A DNA stretch of 64,000 bases from an uncultured Bacilli bacterium (GCA_947594925.1 CANQEJ010000002.1:2-64001), one strand, 5' to 3'; positions 28,698 through 40,669 are shown, counted from the first letter of the stretch. Notes: generated by a model not told the origin, from the sequence alone. Program-made: numbers and translations.

Positions 28698-30389
28698 ATG
28701 CAAGCTCAGAAAATTATGATATTAAATAATAAAACCAAAGGAATTTATCAAATTAAAAATGCTTTAATTAAAAGAATAGAAAAAATGCCTCATAAAGAAT
28801 ATTATTATACTTTTATTTTAGGAAACAAAAACTATATTGATGAAGATACTTGGCAAGCTTATCAAAAAAATGGTATAACACATTTATTTGCTATCTCAGG
28901 AATGCATATTGCTATATTTGTTGCCATTATTAATAAAATATTTCAAGTATGTTCCATCAATAAAAAATTTAAAAATGGTGTTATCATTTTATTTGTTTTA
29001 TTTTATCTTTGCTTAACAAACTACGCTCCGAGTATTCTAAGAGCTAGTATCTTCTTTATTTTTAAATCTTTAAATCAAAAATATAATTTAAAATTACCAA
29101 CAATCAAAATTCTTTTGTATACCATTATCTTTATTATCTTTTTAAATCCTCATATTATATTTAATATTGGATTTTCATATTCTGTTATCTCAACGGCAAG
29201 TTTAATTATTTTTTCTAAACAAATTACTAGTAATAATTATTTTCTCCAAATTTTAAAAAGTAGTTTAATAATTAATATTGCCACATTACCAATAACGTTA
29301 TATAACTTTTATGAAATAAACTTATGGGCCTTTTTAAGTGGGTGTCTTTTTATTTCCTATGTTACTTTTATATTATATCCTTTAATTTTAATTAATTTTG
29401 TTTTTCCACTTTTTTCATTAGATTATTTTATTAAAATAATGGAAATAGGAGCCAAGATAACTAGTAAATTAGGGATTAATATTGTAATAGCTAAAATCAA
29501 TTATCTATTTATTATTTGCTATTATTTATTGTTTTTCCTCTATATCTTCTTTTTAAAACCTAAATATTTACTACTTCTAGCGTTTTTAATTTTGCTAGGA
29601 AAAATAATGCCTAATCTAAATCCTAATTATTATATTTATTTTTTAGATGTAGGTCAGGGAGATAGTATAGTTTTAACTAGTAAATTTAAAAAAGAAGTTA
29701 TTATGATAGATACAGGAGGGAAAATATCTTATCCTAAAGAAGATTGGCAACAAAGAAAGCATAACTACAAATTAAGTACTAATACTATTACTTTTTTAAA
29801 AAGTATTGGCGTAACTAAAATTGATTTACTTATTATTACCCACGGTGATACTGACCATGCGCAAGAAGCCTTAAATATTGATAAAGAAATTCCCATAAAA
29901 AAAGTCATTATTAATAATGGAGAATTGACATCTTTAGAAAATGCTATTATCAAATCTTTAAATGTTGGAAAATCTTATGTTTCAAAAAATTTTAAAATGC
30001 AATTTCTTAATAGCCAAATTTATAAGGCTGAAAATGATAATAGTATCGTAACTTTAATGCAAATATATAAATATAAAATTCTTTTTACTGGTGATATATC
30101 ATCAAAGGTAGAAAATGATATTTTAGCGCATTATAATTTGAAGCTAGATTTTCTAAAGCTTGCTCATCATGGTTCTAAAACAAGTAATTCTTTAAATTTT
30201 TTAAAGCAATTAAACCCAAAGATAGCATTTAATAGTAGTGGTCGAAACAATCGCTACAATCACCCTTCTAAAGAAGTATTAGAAAATTTAGCTAAATTAA
30301 AAATTACCCTTTATGATACGCAAAAGTGTGGGAGTATAACTTTAAAAATTAATAAGAAAGAATTCACCATTAAAACCGCTCTTACATAA
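28698..30389 (+). CDS. comEC: DNA internalisation channel ComEC/Rec2 (competence domain + metallo-beta-lactamase domain); true 5' end probably upstream
   Basis: GITHLFAISGMHI competence-domain motif; FLDVGQGDS and ITHGDTDH MBL motifs. The same frame stays open back to 28308 and encodes a ComEC-like TM + OB-fold N-terminus without ATG/GTG/TTG. Confidence 0.85.
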   Translation: MQAQKIMILNNKTKGIYQIKNALIKRIEKMPHKEYYYTFILGNKNYIDEDTWQAYQKNGITHLFAISGMHIAIFVAIINKIFQVCSINKKFKNGVIILFVLFYLCLTNYAPSILRASIFFIFKSLNQKYNLKLPTIKILLYTIIFIIFLNPHIIFNIGFSYSVISTASLIIFSKQITSNNYFLQILKSSLIINIATLPITLYNFYEINLWAFLSGCLFISYVTFILYPLILINFVFPLFSLDYFIKIMEIGAKITSKLGINIVIAKINYLFIICYYLLFFLYIFFLKPKYLLLLAFLILLGKIMPNLNPNYYIYFLDVGQGDSIVLTSKFKKEVIMIDTGGKISYPKEDWQQRKHNYKLSTNTITFLKSIGVTKIDLLIITHGDTDHAQEALNIDKEIPIKKVIINNGELTSLENAIIKSLNVGKSYVSKNFKMQFLNSQIYKAENDNSIVTLMQIYKYKILFTGDISSKVENDILAHYNLKLDFLKLAHHGSKTSNSLNFLKQLNPKIAFNSSGRNNRYNHPSKEVLENLAKLKITLYDTQKCGSITLKINKKEFTIKTALT

Positions 30390-30484
30390 GATATATTGTA
30401 CGTTATATAACGTTTATATAGATGAAAAGAGGGCATTTACTTGTCCTTTTTTCAGTTTTTTTGTACAATATTAATGGTGGTTGT

Positions 30485-31417
30485 ATGAATAACTATTTAA
30501 TTGTTAGTGAAAGTTTTCGTTTAATAGCAGACGAGCTTGAGCAGATTATCGGCAAAAATACGAATATCATTAAATATGATATGCAAAATGTTACTATTTT
30601 TGACTTAATTAATGAAGCTGCTTATATGTCTTTATTAGATGAACCGAAATTTATTATAGCTACCAATGCTAATTTTTTTGGCAATATTAAGTTAAAAGAG
30701 GAAGAAAGTGAATACTTAATTAATTATCTCGTAAATCCTAATAAAAATACCACTATTATTTTTACAACTAATAAGAAATTAGATGAACGCAAAAAAATAA
30801 CGAAATTTATGAGAAATCAATATAAAGTAATCGATATTCCCAAATTAAATGAATTTGATATGAATAAAAAAGTTAGTAATATTTTTAAGAAAAATAATTA
30901 TAATATTGAATTTGATGCAGTTCGGTATATTACGAGCAGTTGTCTTAATAATTACGATTTAATTTATAATGAAATTGCTAAAATTAAATTGTGTTATACT
31001 GAAAAAAAAGATTTGACCCTAGAAGATATTAAAAAATTAGTATTTCCGTCCATTGAAGATAATGTTTTTAAATTAATTAATGCTATTGTAACTAAAGACC
31101 ATAAATTAGCACGTAAATATTTTAATGATTTAAAAATATTAAAAGAAGAACCTATTGCCTTTATTGCCTTATTAGCGCGGGAATATCGCAATATGTATCT
31201 TATAAAAACTTTAGGGCGAACTAAAAGTAAAGAAGATTTATTAAAAATTATGAATATTCAAAACTGGCAATATGAAAAACATGAAAAAAACGCATACCAA
31301 TATGACGAGCAAGAATTAAAGGAAAAATTAAAAGAATTATATGATTTAGATTGTCAAATTAAAATGGGTAAAATAGATAAATATTTCGGTTTTGAATTAT
31401 TTTTACTAAATAACTAG
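30485..31417 (+). CDS. holA: DNA polymerase III delta subunit
   Basis: Conserved comEC-holA synteny, size and overall delta-like pattern. ATG 30485 has a GGTGG RBS, and a terminator-like hairpin at 30430-30456 precedes it. Confidence 0.65.
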   Translation: MNNYLIVSESFRLIADELEQIIGKNTNIIKYDMQNVTIFDLINEAAYMSLLDEPKFIIATNANFFGNIKLKEEESEYLINYLVNPNKNTTIIFTTNKKLDERKKITKFMRNQYKVIDIPKLNEFDMNKKVSNIFKKNNYNIEFDAVRYITSSCLNNYDLIYNEIAKIKLCYTEKKDLTLEDIKKLVFPSIEDNVFKLINAIVTKDHKLARKYFNDLKILKEEPIAFIALLAREYRNMYLIKTLGRTKSKEDLLKIMNIQNWQYEKHEKNAYQYDEQELKEKLKELYDLDCQIKMGKIDKYFGFELFLLNN

Positions 31418-31458
31418 ATTATAGTACAAATGTATGATATGATAAGTATGGTGATAAA

Positions 31459-32013
31459 ATGTATAACTATATAAAAGGAAAATTAGTCGACCAAGATAGT
31501 AGCTTTATTGTAATAGATGTAAATGGAATAGGTTACCAAATATATGTAGCAAATCCCTATAGTTTTGAGCTTGATAAAGAGTATCAGGTATTTATATATA
31601 ACCACATTAGAGAAGAAGAAAATACTTTGTATGGCTTTAAAACTAAAGAAGAAAAAGAATTATTCTTGCGTCTTATTAATGTTAAAGGATTAGGTCCAAA
31701 AATGGCTTTACCAATGTTAGCTACTGGTAGTGTTTCAGGTATTGTTGATGCTATTGATAGAGAAAATATTTTATATTTAAAAAAATTTCCTAAAATTGGC
31801 GATAAAGTGGCCCGTCAAATTATTTTAGATTTAAAAGGTAAATTAAGTATTGCAATTAATAAAGAAGAGGAAAGTTCTTTAGATGAGTTAACTAATGTCT
31901 TAACCAGTCTAGGGTATAAAGCCGCTGATATTAAACGAGTTGTGCCACAAGTTGATAAGGATTTAACGATTGAAAATCAAATTAAAGAAGCTTTAAAATT
32001 ATTTTTAAAATAG
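31459..32013 (+). CDS. ruvA: Holliday junction DNA helicase subunit RuvA
   Basis: MYNYIKGKL...GIGYQI, HhH region VKGLGPKMAL. Confidence 0.9.
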   Translation: MYNYIKGKLVDQDSSFIVIDVNGIGYQIYVANPYSFELDKEYQVFIYNHIREEENTLYGFKTKEEKELFLRLINVKGLGPKMALPMLATGSVSGIVDAIDRENILYLKKFPKIGDKVARQIILDLKGKLSIAINKEEESSLDELTNVLTSLGYKAADIKRVVPQVDKDLTIENQIKEALKLFLK

Positions 32014-32029
32014 AAAGGATTGTATCTAA

Positions 32030-33034
32030 ATGGAAGAACGTATTTTGACGCCAGAAGAAATGACTAGTGATGATTTTGAAAAAAGTATCAGACCCCTAAG
32101 TTTAAGTGAATATGTTGGACAAGAAGAGCTAAAAGGTAATTTAGATGTTTTTATCAAAGCATGTAAATTACGTAATGAATCTTTAGACCATGTTTTACTT
32201 TATGGCCCACCGGGACTAGGTAAGACAACTTTAGCTCATATTATTGCTAATGAACTTGGTACTAATATTCGCACTGCCAGTGGTCCTTCCATTGAAAAAA
32301 GTGGCGATTTAGCTGCGATTTTATCTACTTTAGAGCCGGGAGATGTTTTATTTATTGATGAAATACATCGTATGCCTCGTTATATTGAAGAAATTTTATA
32401 TCCAGCTATGGAAGATTTTGAATTAGATATTATCGTCGGAGCTGAGGGTAATTCTCGAAACATTAAAATTGATTTGCCACCTTTTACTTTAGTAGGGGCA
32501 ACTACGAGAGCAGGAGATATTTCTAGTCCTTTAAGAGACCGTTTTGGAATTGTTTCAAAATTAAATTATTATACATATCAAGAATTAGAACAAATAATTA
32601 AACGTACATCAAGAGTTTTAGAATTTGATATTACTGATGAAGCGGCTTTAGAATTAGCCAAAAGAAGTCGTAAAACTCCGCGTATTGCCAATCGTTTATT
32701 TAAAAGAGTACGCGACTTTGCTTTAGTTTCTGGTGAATCTCACATAACTAAAGCGATGACTACTAATTCCTTAAAACGCTTAAATGTCGATGAAGAAGGC
32801 TTAGATAGTATTGATACTGAATACTTAGAAGCTTTAATTTTAAAATTTAATGGAGGACCAGTTGGGGTTGAAACAATCGCAACATCTATTGGGGAAGAAG
32901 TTTCAACGATTGAAGATGTTGTTGAACCTTATTTATTACAAGAAGGATTTGTCAAAAGAACCCCAAGAGGACGTATAGCTACAGAAAAAGCCTATACGCA
33001 TTTAAAAATTGCTCATAATAAAACATTATTTTAG
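32030..33034 (+). CDS. ruvB: Holliday junction DNA helicase RuvB
   Basis: Walker [27 protein letters not shown]. Confidence 0.95.
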   Translation: MEERILTPEEMTSDDFEKSIRPLSLSEYVGQEELKGNLDVFIKACKLRNESLDHVLLYGPPGLGKTTLAHIIANELGTNIRTASGPSIEKSGDLAAILSTLEPGDVLFIDEIHRMPRYIEEILYPAMEDFELDIIVGAEGNSRNIKIDLPPFTLVGATTRAGDISSPLRDRFGIVSKLNYYTYQELEQIIKRTSRVLEFDITDEAALELAKRSRKTPRIANRLFKRVRDFALVSGESHITKAMTTNSLKRLNVDEEGLDSIDTEYLEALILKFNGGPVGVETIATSIGEEVSTIEDVVEPYLLQEGFVKRTPRGRIATEKAYTHLKIAHNKTLF

Positions 33035-33045
33035 GAGGTTTAAAA

Positions 33046-33624
33046 ATGGATAAAAACAGAATTATAATTGTCGAAGGACCGCAAGGGACTGGAAAAACAA
33101 CTTTAACTAATTACTTAAGAGATAATATTGCTGCCAGTAATTTATATCGTTTATCTGGGCAAAGAGATAAAACTATTAATGGTAAAGTAAAAAGTGACAT
33201 TATGTATAATGCTTTGTTAGAATATTTAAATAAAATGAAAGAAGTAGGATTAGATTTAATTTTCGACCGAACCTTTTTTACAGAAGAAATCTATGCTCGC
33301 TTAGGTTATAAAGAATATAGCTTTACAGACAGTTACCAAACTTTACTTCATAAATTAGAAGCTCTAAATAAATATTACGAAATTTATTTGATTTTATTAT
33401 ACTTAAAAGATGTTAATTTATATAAAACTCGTTTAGATAGAAAAGAGCATCATAATTATCAAAGCTTTAGTATTCAAAATAGTATTAATCAACAAGAAGC
33501 ATATATACAATTAGGCCAAGAAATAAGTAATTCATCTTCCCCAATTGAAGTAGTCGAAACAGCTACGGATGATTTTGGTTATACTTATCAAAAAATAAAA
33601 GGAATTTTTAGAATTAATAGTTAG
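33046..33624 (+). CDS. P-loop NTPase, nucleoside/nucleotide kinase-like
   Basis: Walker A IVEGPQGTGKTT near N-terminus, size about 190 aa; family not resolved. Confidence 0.45.
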   Translation: MDKNRIIIVEGPQGTGKTTLTNYLRDNIAASNLYRLSGQRDKTINGKVKSDIMYNALLEYLNKMKEVGLDLIFDRTFFTEEIYARLGYKEYSFTDSYQTLLHKLEALNKYYEIYLILLYLKDVNLYKTRLDRKEHHNYQSFSIQNSINQQEAYIQLGQEISNSSSPIEVVETATDDFGYTYQKIKGIFRINS

Positions 33625-33633
33625 GATAAATTT

Positions 33634-34659
33634 ATGAAAACAGAAGATTTTAATTACACATTGCCGCAACATTTAATTGCTCAAACACCTCTTAAAGACC
33701 GCAGTTTATCAAGACTTATGGTTTTAGATAAAAAGACAGGAGAAGTAACTCATGACCATTTTTATAACATTATTAATTATCTAAATAAGGGAGATGTTTT
33801 AGTTTTAAATGATACTAAAGTTATTCCTGCTCGTTTAATTGGGAGTAAAAAACAAACAGGAGCTGTTATTGAACTTTTATTACTTAAAAATTTAGAAAAT
33901 AATACTTGGGAGTGTTTAGCTAAACCAGTTAAACGTTTGAAAAAAGGAACAATTATTGACTTTGGTGAAGGAAAACTAGCTGCCGAAGTTATAGAAATAT
34001 TAGAAGATGGTATTGTCCATGTTCAAATGCATTATGAAGGCATATTCTATGAGATATTAAATGAACTAGGACTTATGCCTCTTCCTCCATATATCAAAGA
34101 AAGATTAGAAGATAAAGACCGATATCAAACTGTATATGCTAAAAATATTGGTAGTGCTGCTGCTCCAACAGCTGGCTTACATTTTACAAAAGAACTTTTA
34201 GAAAAAATAAAAGCTAAAGGGATTACTATTTTATCAATAACTTTACATGTTGGTTTAGGCACTTTTAGACCTGTTGTAGTTGAAGATGTAACTAAACACG
34301 AAATGCATAGTGAATTTTATTCTATGAATAAAGAAACTGCTTTAAAGCTTAATAAAGCTAAAAAAGAGGGTCGTAAAATAGTGGCGGTTGGAACTACTAC
34401 AGTTCGGACTTTAGAAACTATTATGGCTAAATATAACGAGTTTAAAGAGTGTAGTGGGGAAACAAAAATATTTATCTACCCCGGTTTTAAATTTAAAGCC
34501 GTTGATAATTTAATAACTAATTTTCATTTGCCCAAAAGTACTCTTTTAATGTTAGTTAGTGCTTTTGCTTCCAAAGAATTTATTTTAAAAGCTTACGAAG
34601 AAGCTGTCAAAAATGAATATCGTTTTTTCTCCTTTGGGGATGCGATGTTTATTAAATAA
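33634..34659 (+). CDS. queA: S-adenosylmethionine:tRNA ribosyltransferase-isomerase
   Basis: [43 protein letters not shown]. Confidence 0.95.
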   Translation: MKTEDFNYTLPQHLIAQTPLKDRSLSRLMVLDKKTGEVTHDHFYNIINYLNKGDVLVLNDTKVIPARLIGSKKQTGAVIELLLLKNLENNTWECLAKPVKRLKKGTIIDFGEGKLAAEVIEILEDGIVHVQMHYEGIFYEILNELGLMPLPPYIKERLEDKDRYQTVYAKNIGSAAAPTAGLHFTKELLEKIKAKGITILSITLHVGLGTFRPVVVEDVTKHEMHSEFYSMNKETALKLNKAKKEGRKIVAVGTTTVRTLETIMAKYNEFKECSGETKIFIYPGFKFKAVDNLITNFHLPKSTLLMLVSAFASKEFILKAYEEAVKNEYRFFSFGDAMFIK

Positions 34660-34691
34660 TACAAATTATTAAAAATTTGTATTTTTTTTTT
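34659..34691 (+). terminator. Rho-independent terminator after queA
   Basis: ATACAAATT/AATTTGTAT 9-bp hairpin followed by T10. Confidence 0.8.
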
Positions 34692-34695
34692 ACGA

Positions 34696-34735
34696 AAAAA
34701 AAGGAAATCAGAGATTTATCTATAATATATCTAAT
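34696..34735 (+). promoter_or_regulatory. Conserved 40-nt promoter block, copy 2, upstream of M23 peptidase gene
   Basis: 36/40 identity to 27538-27577; TATAAT at 34721-34726; same 12-nt spacing from GGAAAT. Confidence 0.6.
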
Positions 34736-34784
34736 GTAAGGATTAAAAATTCTTACAAATCTAATAAAGAAAGGAGGTGAAAAA

Positions 34785-36230
34785 TTGAAGGCCTTGTTTT
34801 TTTCTAGTTTAGTTTGTCTATGTTTTTTAGCATGTGGTGTTTTATATTCGCAAAGCGATATTGAAACAGAAAAAAGCTTAGCTACTGAAAAACTAGAAAC
34901 TAAAGCATCTAATAAAACGGAGAAGTCTATTAGTAATATTAAAGAATTAAAATATAAAAAGCTAGAAACTAAAATAACAGATAACCAGGCTTTAGAAGAA
35001 GAAAGCGTTATTGCTATTAAAAATGAAGAAAGTCCTAAAGAAATAGATGCTTCTAACGTAGAAGAACTACCAGTAGAAGAAAGTGTTCAAGAGACTAACT
35101 CTTTAGAATTAATAGATAATAATGTTGTAGAAAAAGAAGTTCCTAAAGAAGAGATAAAAGAAGAAAACGATATTGAAAAAATAAAGCAAACTATTTCCTT
35201 ATTTTCCGATTCATTAGTTAAAGCTCAAAATATCGAAGAAATAAAAAGTAATGCTTTAGATTTAGAAAATATCGATACTAGTCTATTACAAGAAACATCT
35301 ACTATTTCTAATGATTTGAAAGAAGTCCAAAATGGTTATAATAATATATTACAAGTTGATGACTTTCTAAAAAAAGCTCAAGTGTTAGATAATCCAAATA
35401 AAACTAAAGATGATGTTTTAAGTTTAAAAGCTACATTACAAAGTGCTGATATTAAAAACATTGTTCAAACAATTCCTAATGATAAACTTAAGAATAATTA
35501 TCTAACTAAACTAGCTAACGTTACTAAAATATTAGATGATGAAACTTCTCCAGAAGTTAATATTGGTGATAATCAAGTTTTAAATGATAATGTTCAGTTA
35601 GAAATAACTGATGAAAATGCATATCAAGTATACTTAAATGGCCAACTAGTAGACGACTTGAATATTACCGAAAATGGCGAATACAATCTTAAAGTAGAAG
35701 ATGAAGCATTAAATGAAACTAATATTCATTTTAAATTAGAAAAACCGGAAGAAGAGGAAGAAGAAATCATTTATACCGAGGTTTCTAACGATACCGAAAG
35801 TATTCCCGAAGAAGAAAAAGAACAAACGCGCTATCCACTTAATAATTGGTATATGACCCAAGACTATGAAGGTAAAAATGGTCATATGGGGATAGATTTA
35901 GGAAGTTCTAATAAAAAAGAAGAAATCTATCCTATAGCAGATGGCACAGTAGTCTATGTCGGGCAAGATAATTATGGTGCTAATCTAGTTCAAATTAAAC
36001 ATAATATTAATGGAGAAGAGCTTTATTCAACTTATGGACATATGAGCGAAGTTTATTTTAATAATGACCAAGAGGTTAGTCAAAATGATTTATTAGGGTT
36101 AATGGGAGCTACTGGTAATGCTACTGGTCCTCATTTGCATTTAGAAATGGCTACCTGCGGATTTGAAGCCAATTGCTCTTATGCAACATATAAAGATAAT
36201 CTTGTTAATCCTTGGGATTACTTGCCTTAA
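34785..36230 (+). CDS. Secreted M23-family (LytM-type) peptidoglycan endopeptidase with long Glu/Lys-rich N-terminal region
   Basis: Signal peptide; HxxxD (NGHMGIDLG) and HxH (GPHLHLE) M23 motifs; TTG start after AAGGAGGTGA. Confidence 0.85.
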   Translation: MKALFFSSLVCLCFLACGVLYSQSDIETEKSLATEKLETKASNKTEKSISNIKELKYKKLETKITDNQALEEESVIAIKNEESPKEIDASNVEELPVEESVQETNSLELIDNNVVEKEVPKEEIKEENDIEKIKQTISLFSDSLVKAQNIEEIKSNALDLENIDTSLLQETSTISNDLKEVQNGYNNILQVDDFLKKAQVLDNPNKTKDDVLSLKATLQSADIKNIVQTIPNDKLKNNYLTKLANVTKILDDETSPEVNIGDNQVLNDNVQLEITDENAYQVYLNGQLVDDLNITENGEYNLKVEDEALNETNIHFKLEKPEEEEEEIIYTEVSNDTESIPEEEKEQTRYPLNNWYMTQDYEGKNGHMGIDLGSSNKKEEIYPIADGTVVYVGQDNYGANLVQIKHNINGEELYSTYGHMSEVYFNNDQEVSQNDLLGLMGATGNATGPHLHLEMATCGFEANCSYATYKDNLVNPWDYLP

Positions 36231-36238
36231 TTTAATTA

Positions 36239-36267
36239 ATAAGAAGATGCCTAATCTTCTTATTTTT
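36239..36267 (+). terminator. Rho-independent terminator
   Basis: ATAAGAAGAT/ATCTTCTTAT 10-bp hairpin followed by TTTT. Confidence 0.75.
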
Positions 36268-36281
36268 ATATAGAAAATTAA

Positions 36282-37757
<1,476 letters not shown>

Positions 37758-37761
<4 letters not shown>

Positions 37762-38126
37762 TTTTCCTTCTTTTTATTTTTCCCAAAACTACCACCAAAC
37801 ATCCCAATTAAAATTAAAATACCATAGTATAAAAACGTTGTTAATTTAATATCTTTCGTAAAAAATATTAAACTGATTAAAAGCATTATAAATACAAGAA
37901 GTAAACTAGTTTTAAGACCACATAAAAAACCTTTTTGCATCGTATTTTTGCCTTTTTTAAAACAAATAATAAAAAACATTACTCCTAAAGTTAAAATATT
38001 AAAAGTATTAAGAAAACCACTACCTAAATTAGTAAAATAATTAAATAGGGTTGAAATAAAAGCAATTAGCAAAAGACCTATTAAAAAGTAGCCAATAATT
38101 TTAAAATTATTTTTAATTTTTTCCAT
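37758..38126 (-). CDS. Small multi-pass membrane protein
   Basis: Four hydrophobic segments; family uncertain. Confidence 0.5.
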
Positions 38127-38198
38127 TAAATCACCTAATAAATCATATGTTATGTTTAAAATAATATGTTTTTTCCATAATAAAATTAGGTGATAATA

Positions 38199-38846
38199 AT
38201 GGAATTATTTTCAATTATATTTCGAACAGCTTTCTTTTATTTTTTTATTCTTTTAGCATATCGTATTATGGGAAAAAGAGAAATTGCCCAATTAGGAATA
38301 ATTGATTTAATCGTTTCTATCTTAATTGCGGAGATGGTTGCTATTAGTATTGAAAACGTTAAAGACCCCATTTTATATACGATATTACCAATTAGTTTGT
38401 TAGTTATATTAGAATTAGTTTTAGCTTTTGTTTCGGTTAAATCTCGTAAATTTAGAAGCATATTTGATGGAAAACCTTCTTTAATTATTTGTAATGGAAA
38501 AATTAACTTTAAAGAAATGGTTAAACAAAGATATAGTATGGATGATTTACTCTTAGAACTTAGGCAAAAAGAAATTAAATCTATCGAAAATGTCGAATAT
38601 GCTTTCTTAGAACCTAATGGGAAACTATCGGTATTTAAATATAATTTCTTAAAACTACCTAGTAACTATCCCATGCCTTTAATAGTCGATGGCCAAATTC
38701 AAGATAAAGCTTTAGATTATATTCATAAAAATAAAACTTGGTTAAAAAAATTATTAGAACAAAAAAAATTAACGATTGAAAACGTCTTTTACTGTTTTTA
38801 TAAAGGAAGTAAGTTATATATCATTAAAAGAAGTGATTTAATTTGA
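38199..38846 (+). CDS. DUF421 (YetF-like) membrane protein
   Basis: RIMGKREIAQLGIIDLIVSILIAE motif. Confidence 0.7.
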   Translation: MELFSIIFRTAFFYFFILLAYRIMGKREIAQLGIIDLIVSILIAEMVAISIENVKDPILYTILPISLLVILELVLAFVSVKSRKFRSIFDGKPSLIICNGKINFKEMVKQRYSMDDLLLELRQKEIKSIENVEYAFLEPNGKLSVFKYNFLKLPSNYPMPLIVDGQIQDKALDYIHKNKTWLKKLLEQKKLTIENVFYCFYKGSKLYIIKRSDLI

Positions 38847-39508
38847 AAAAATATCTTAAAGCTTTAATATTAGTGATTTTTTTAACTAGTATCCTTTATC
38901 TTTCTGGTTCATCTAAAGAAAAAGAACTTCCAGTTTTTAATGAAAATACGCCGAAATATGTCGCCTTAACTTTTGATGATGGACCACATTATAAATATAC
39001 CGAAATGCTTTTAGATGGTTTAAAGAAAAGAAATGTTAAAGTAACCTTTTTTGTTTTAGGTAGTAATGCTTCTAAAAATTATAATATCATAAAAAAGGCT
39101 GCTTTAGATGGTCATGTTATTGGTAATCATACATATTCACATAAAAATTTATTTCGTTTAAAAGAAGAAGAAATTTTAGAAGAAATAGATAAAACTAATC
39201 AAATAATTGAAGCAATAACTGGGACTACTCCTAAATATTTTCGTCCTAGTTATGGAAATTATAATGGTAAAATCTTAAAATTAGCTAAGATGGAAACAGT
39301 TTTATGGAACGTTGATTCACTTGATTGGAAAATAAAAAATAGTAACCAAATTACAAGAAGAGTTCTTAATAAAGTTTCAGATGGTAGTATTATTTTAATG
39401 CATGATATTTATAAAAGTAGTGTTAAGGCTGCTTTCTTAATTATTGATAAATTACAAGAAGAAGGTTATGAATTTGTAACTATAGATGAATTGCTAACTT
39501 CTAGTTAG
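38843..39508 (+). CDS. Polysaccharide/peptidoglycan deacetylase (NodB domain)
   Basis: LTFDDGP, GNHTYSH, RPSYG, LMHD motifs; signal/anchor. Confidence 0.85.
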   Translation: MKKYLKALILVIFLTSILYLSGSSKEKELPVFNENTPKYVALTFDDGPHYKYTEMLLDGLKKRNVKVTFFVLGSNASKNYNIIKKAALDGHVIGNHTYSHKNLFRLKEEEILEEIDKTNQIIEAITGTTPKYFRPSYGNYNGKILKLAKMETVLWNVDSLDWKIKNSNQITRRVLNKVSDGSIILMHDIYKSSVKAAFLIIDKLQEEGYEFVTIDELLTSS

Positions 39509-39523
39509 CTTTTTTTCATAAAC

Positions 39524-39624
39524 TTGACAAAAAAGTGTAAACATGATATAATTAAAGTACCAGTTGGGGGATTGGTTAGAGTTATTACGATATATTATTA
39601 ATCCTTTCAATTAAGGATTTTTTC
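39524..39624 (+). promoter_or_regulatory. SigmaA promoter (TTGACA-17-TGATATAAT) plus ~65-nt leader with intrinsic terminator; copy 2 of twin element
   Basis: Promoter 26/29 identical to 13872-13900; shared CAGTTGGGGGATTGGTTAG; hairpin AATCCTT/AAGGATT + T-run at 39600-39623. Confidence 0.7.
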
Positions 39625-39717
39625 TTGGTAAAATAGCCTTTTTTAGGAGGCAATTTGCAAAAAGAATACAACTATGGTAAAATGTAGTTACTCTATTAAA
39701 AAGAGAGGAATTTAATA

Positions 39718-40599
39718 ATGAAACTATTTAGAAATCCTTATTTTCAAAAAATAGGGAAGATAATGGCAGTCTTTATTTTAACTATCTTAGTAAGTGGAGC
39801 AAGTATTAAACAGATGGCAATTAAATCACAATCAAATTTACAAACCAAATATATTGCTGAAAATACTGATTTTCAAGTAGATTTACGTTTGGAAGAAGAA
39901 GTTAAAACTATTGATACATTTATTAAAGACAATGAAGAACAAATTCGTTTTTATGCTAATATGTTTGATATAGATTATGATACTGCTATAAATAAATTAA
40001 AAGAAATTAATAGTGACCCGACATTATATAATGAAAACAATATCGGTTTACTAAAAGATTCTTTTGGCAATATTTTAAGTTTTAATAGTATTGACCGTGG
40101 TATTTTAGAATTTATGAGTTCTTTAGAAACAACAAATCCTGAACTTGTAGGTTATAATTATCGTCCATGTGCAAATGATGCTGAATATATTGAAGGTTTA
40201 GTCCAATATTTTAGTTCTTTATACGATAATGTTGATTATAAATTAATGTTAAGTATTGGAGCGGCGGAAAGTGGTTATTATACTGCTAGTACTATGCTTT
40301 ATAAAAACAATATTTATGGTGGTATGGGTAGTGGTGGCCTTATTGCTTATAAAAATATCGAATATGGCGTATGGCAATACGTTAAAAGAATGAGTGAGCA
40401 ATATTATGCTAAGGGCTTAAATACCATTGAAAGCATTGGTTATGTTTTCTGCCCACGAATGGAAAATGGGGTAAAAGTTGCTAGTTCTCATTGGATTAGT
40501 TTAGTAAATAAAGCTTTAGAAACTTACAATTATGAAATTCGTTATGTTAGCATTTCTCAATTAAATGATTTAGCTAATAACGAAATAAACGAAATATAA
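39718..40599 (+). CDS. Membrane-anchored glucosaminidase-domain (LytD/FlgJ-type) protein
   Basis: SIGAAESGYYTASTMLYKNNIYGGMG resembles the mannosyl-glycoprotein endo-beta-N-acetylglucosaminidase core. Confidence 0.55.
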   Translation: MKLFRNPYFQKIGKIMAVFILTILVSGASIKQMAIKSQSNLQTKYIAENTDFQVDLRLEEEVKTIDTFIKDNEEQIRFYANMFDIDYDTAINKLKEINSDPTLYNENNIGLLKDSFGNILSFNSIDRGILEFMSSLETTNPELVGYNYRPCANDAEYIEGLVQYFSSLYDNVDYKLMLSIGAAESGYYTASTMLYKNNIYGGMGSGGLIAYKNIEYGVWQYVKRMSEQYYAKGLNTIESIGYVFCPRMENGVKVASSHWISLVNKALETYNYEIRYVSISQLNDLANNEINEI

Positions 40600-40602
40600 T
40601 TT

Positions 40603-40630
40603 AGAAATATCTTTGAATATTTCTTTTTTT
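40603..40630 (+). terminator. Rho-independent terminator
   Basis: AGAAATAT/ATATTTCT hairpin + T6, followed by TGTTATAAT extended -10. Confidence 0.7.
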
Positions 40631-40669
40631 ATGTTATAATTTTTTTATGATAAAGAGGAGTTGAAAGAT

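Noticed and set aside
30400-30413. A perfect 14-nt palindrome, ACGTTATATAACGT, between comEC and holA.
   Set aside because: It is a single occurrence in an AT-rich spacer next to a terminator-like hairpin. There is no second copy or recognisable regulator consensus, so evidence is insufficient.
27538-34735. The two 40-nt conserved blocks could be Xer/dif-like sites flanking an integrated element. TCTATAA-TATATC-TAATGTAAGG loosely resembles the B. subtilis dif core.
   Set aside because: Only about 6-7 of 11 positions match per arm, and the conserved TTATG arm is absent. The 7 kb between them is pure core genome (comEA, comEC, holA, ruvAB, queA). Their position and spacing relative to start codons fit promoters.
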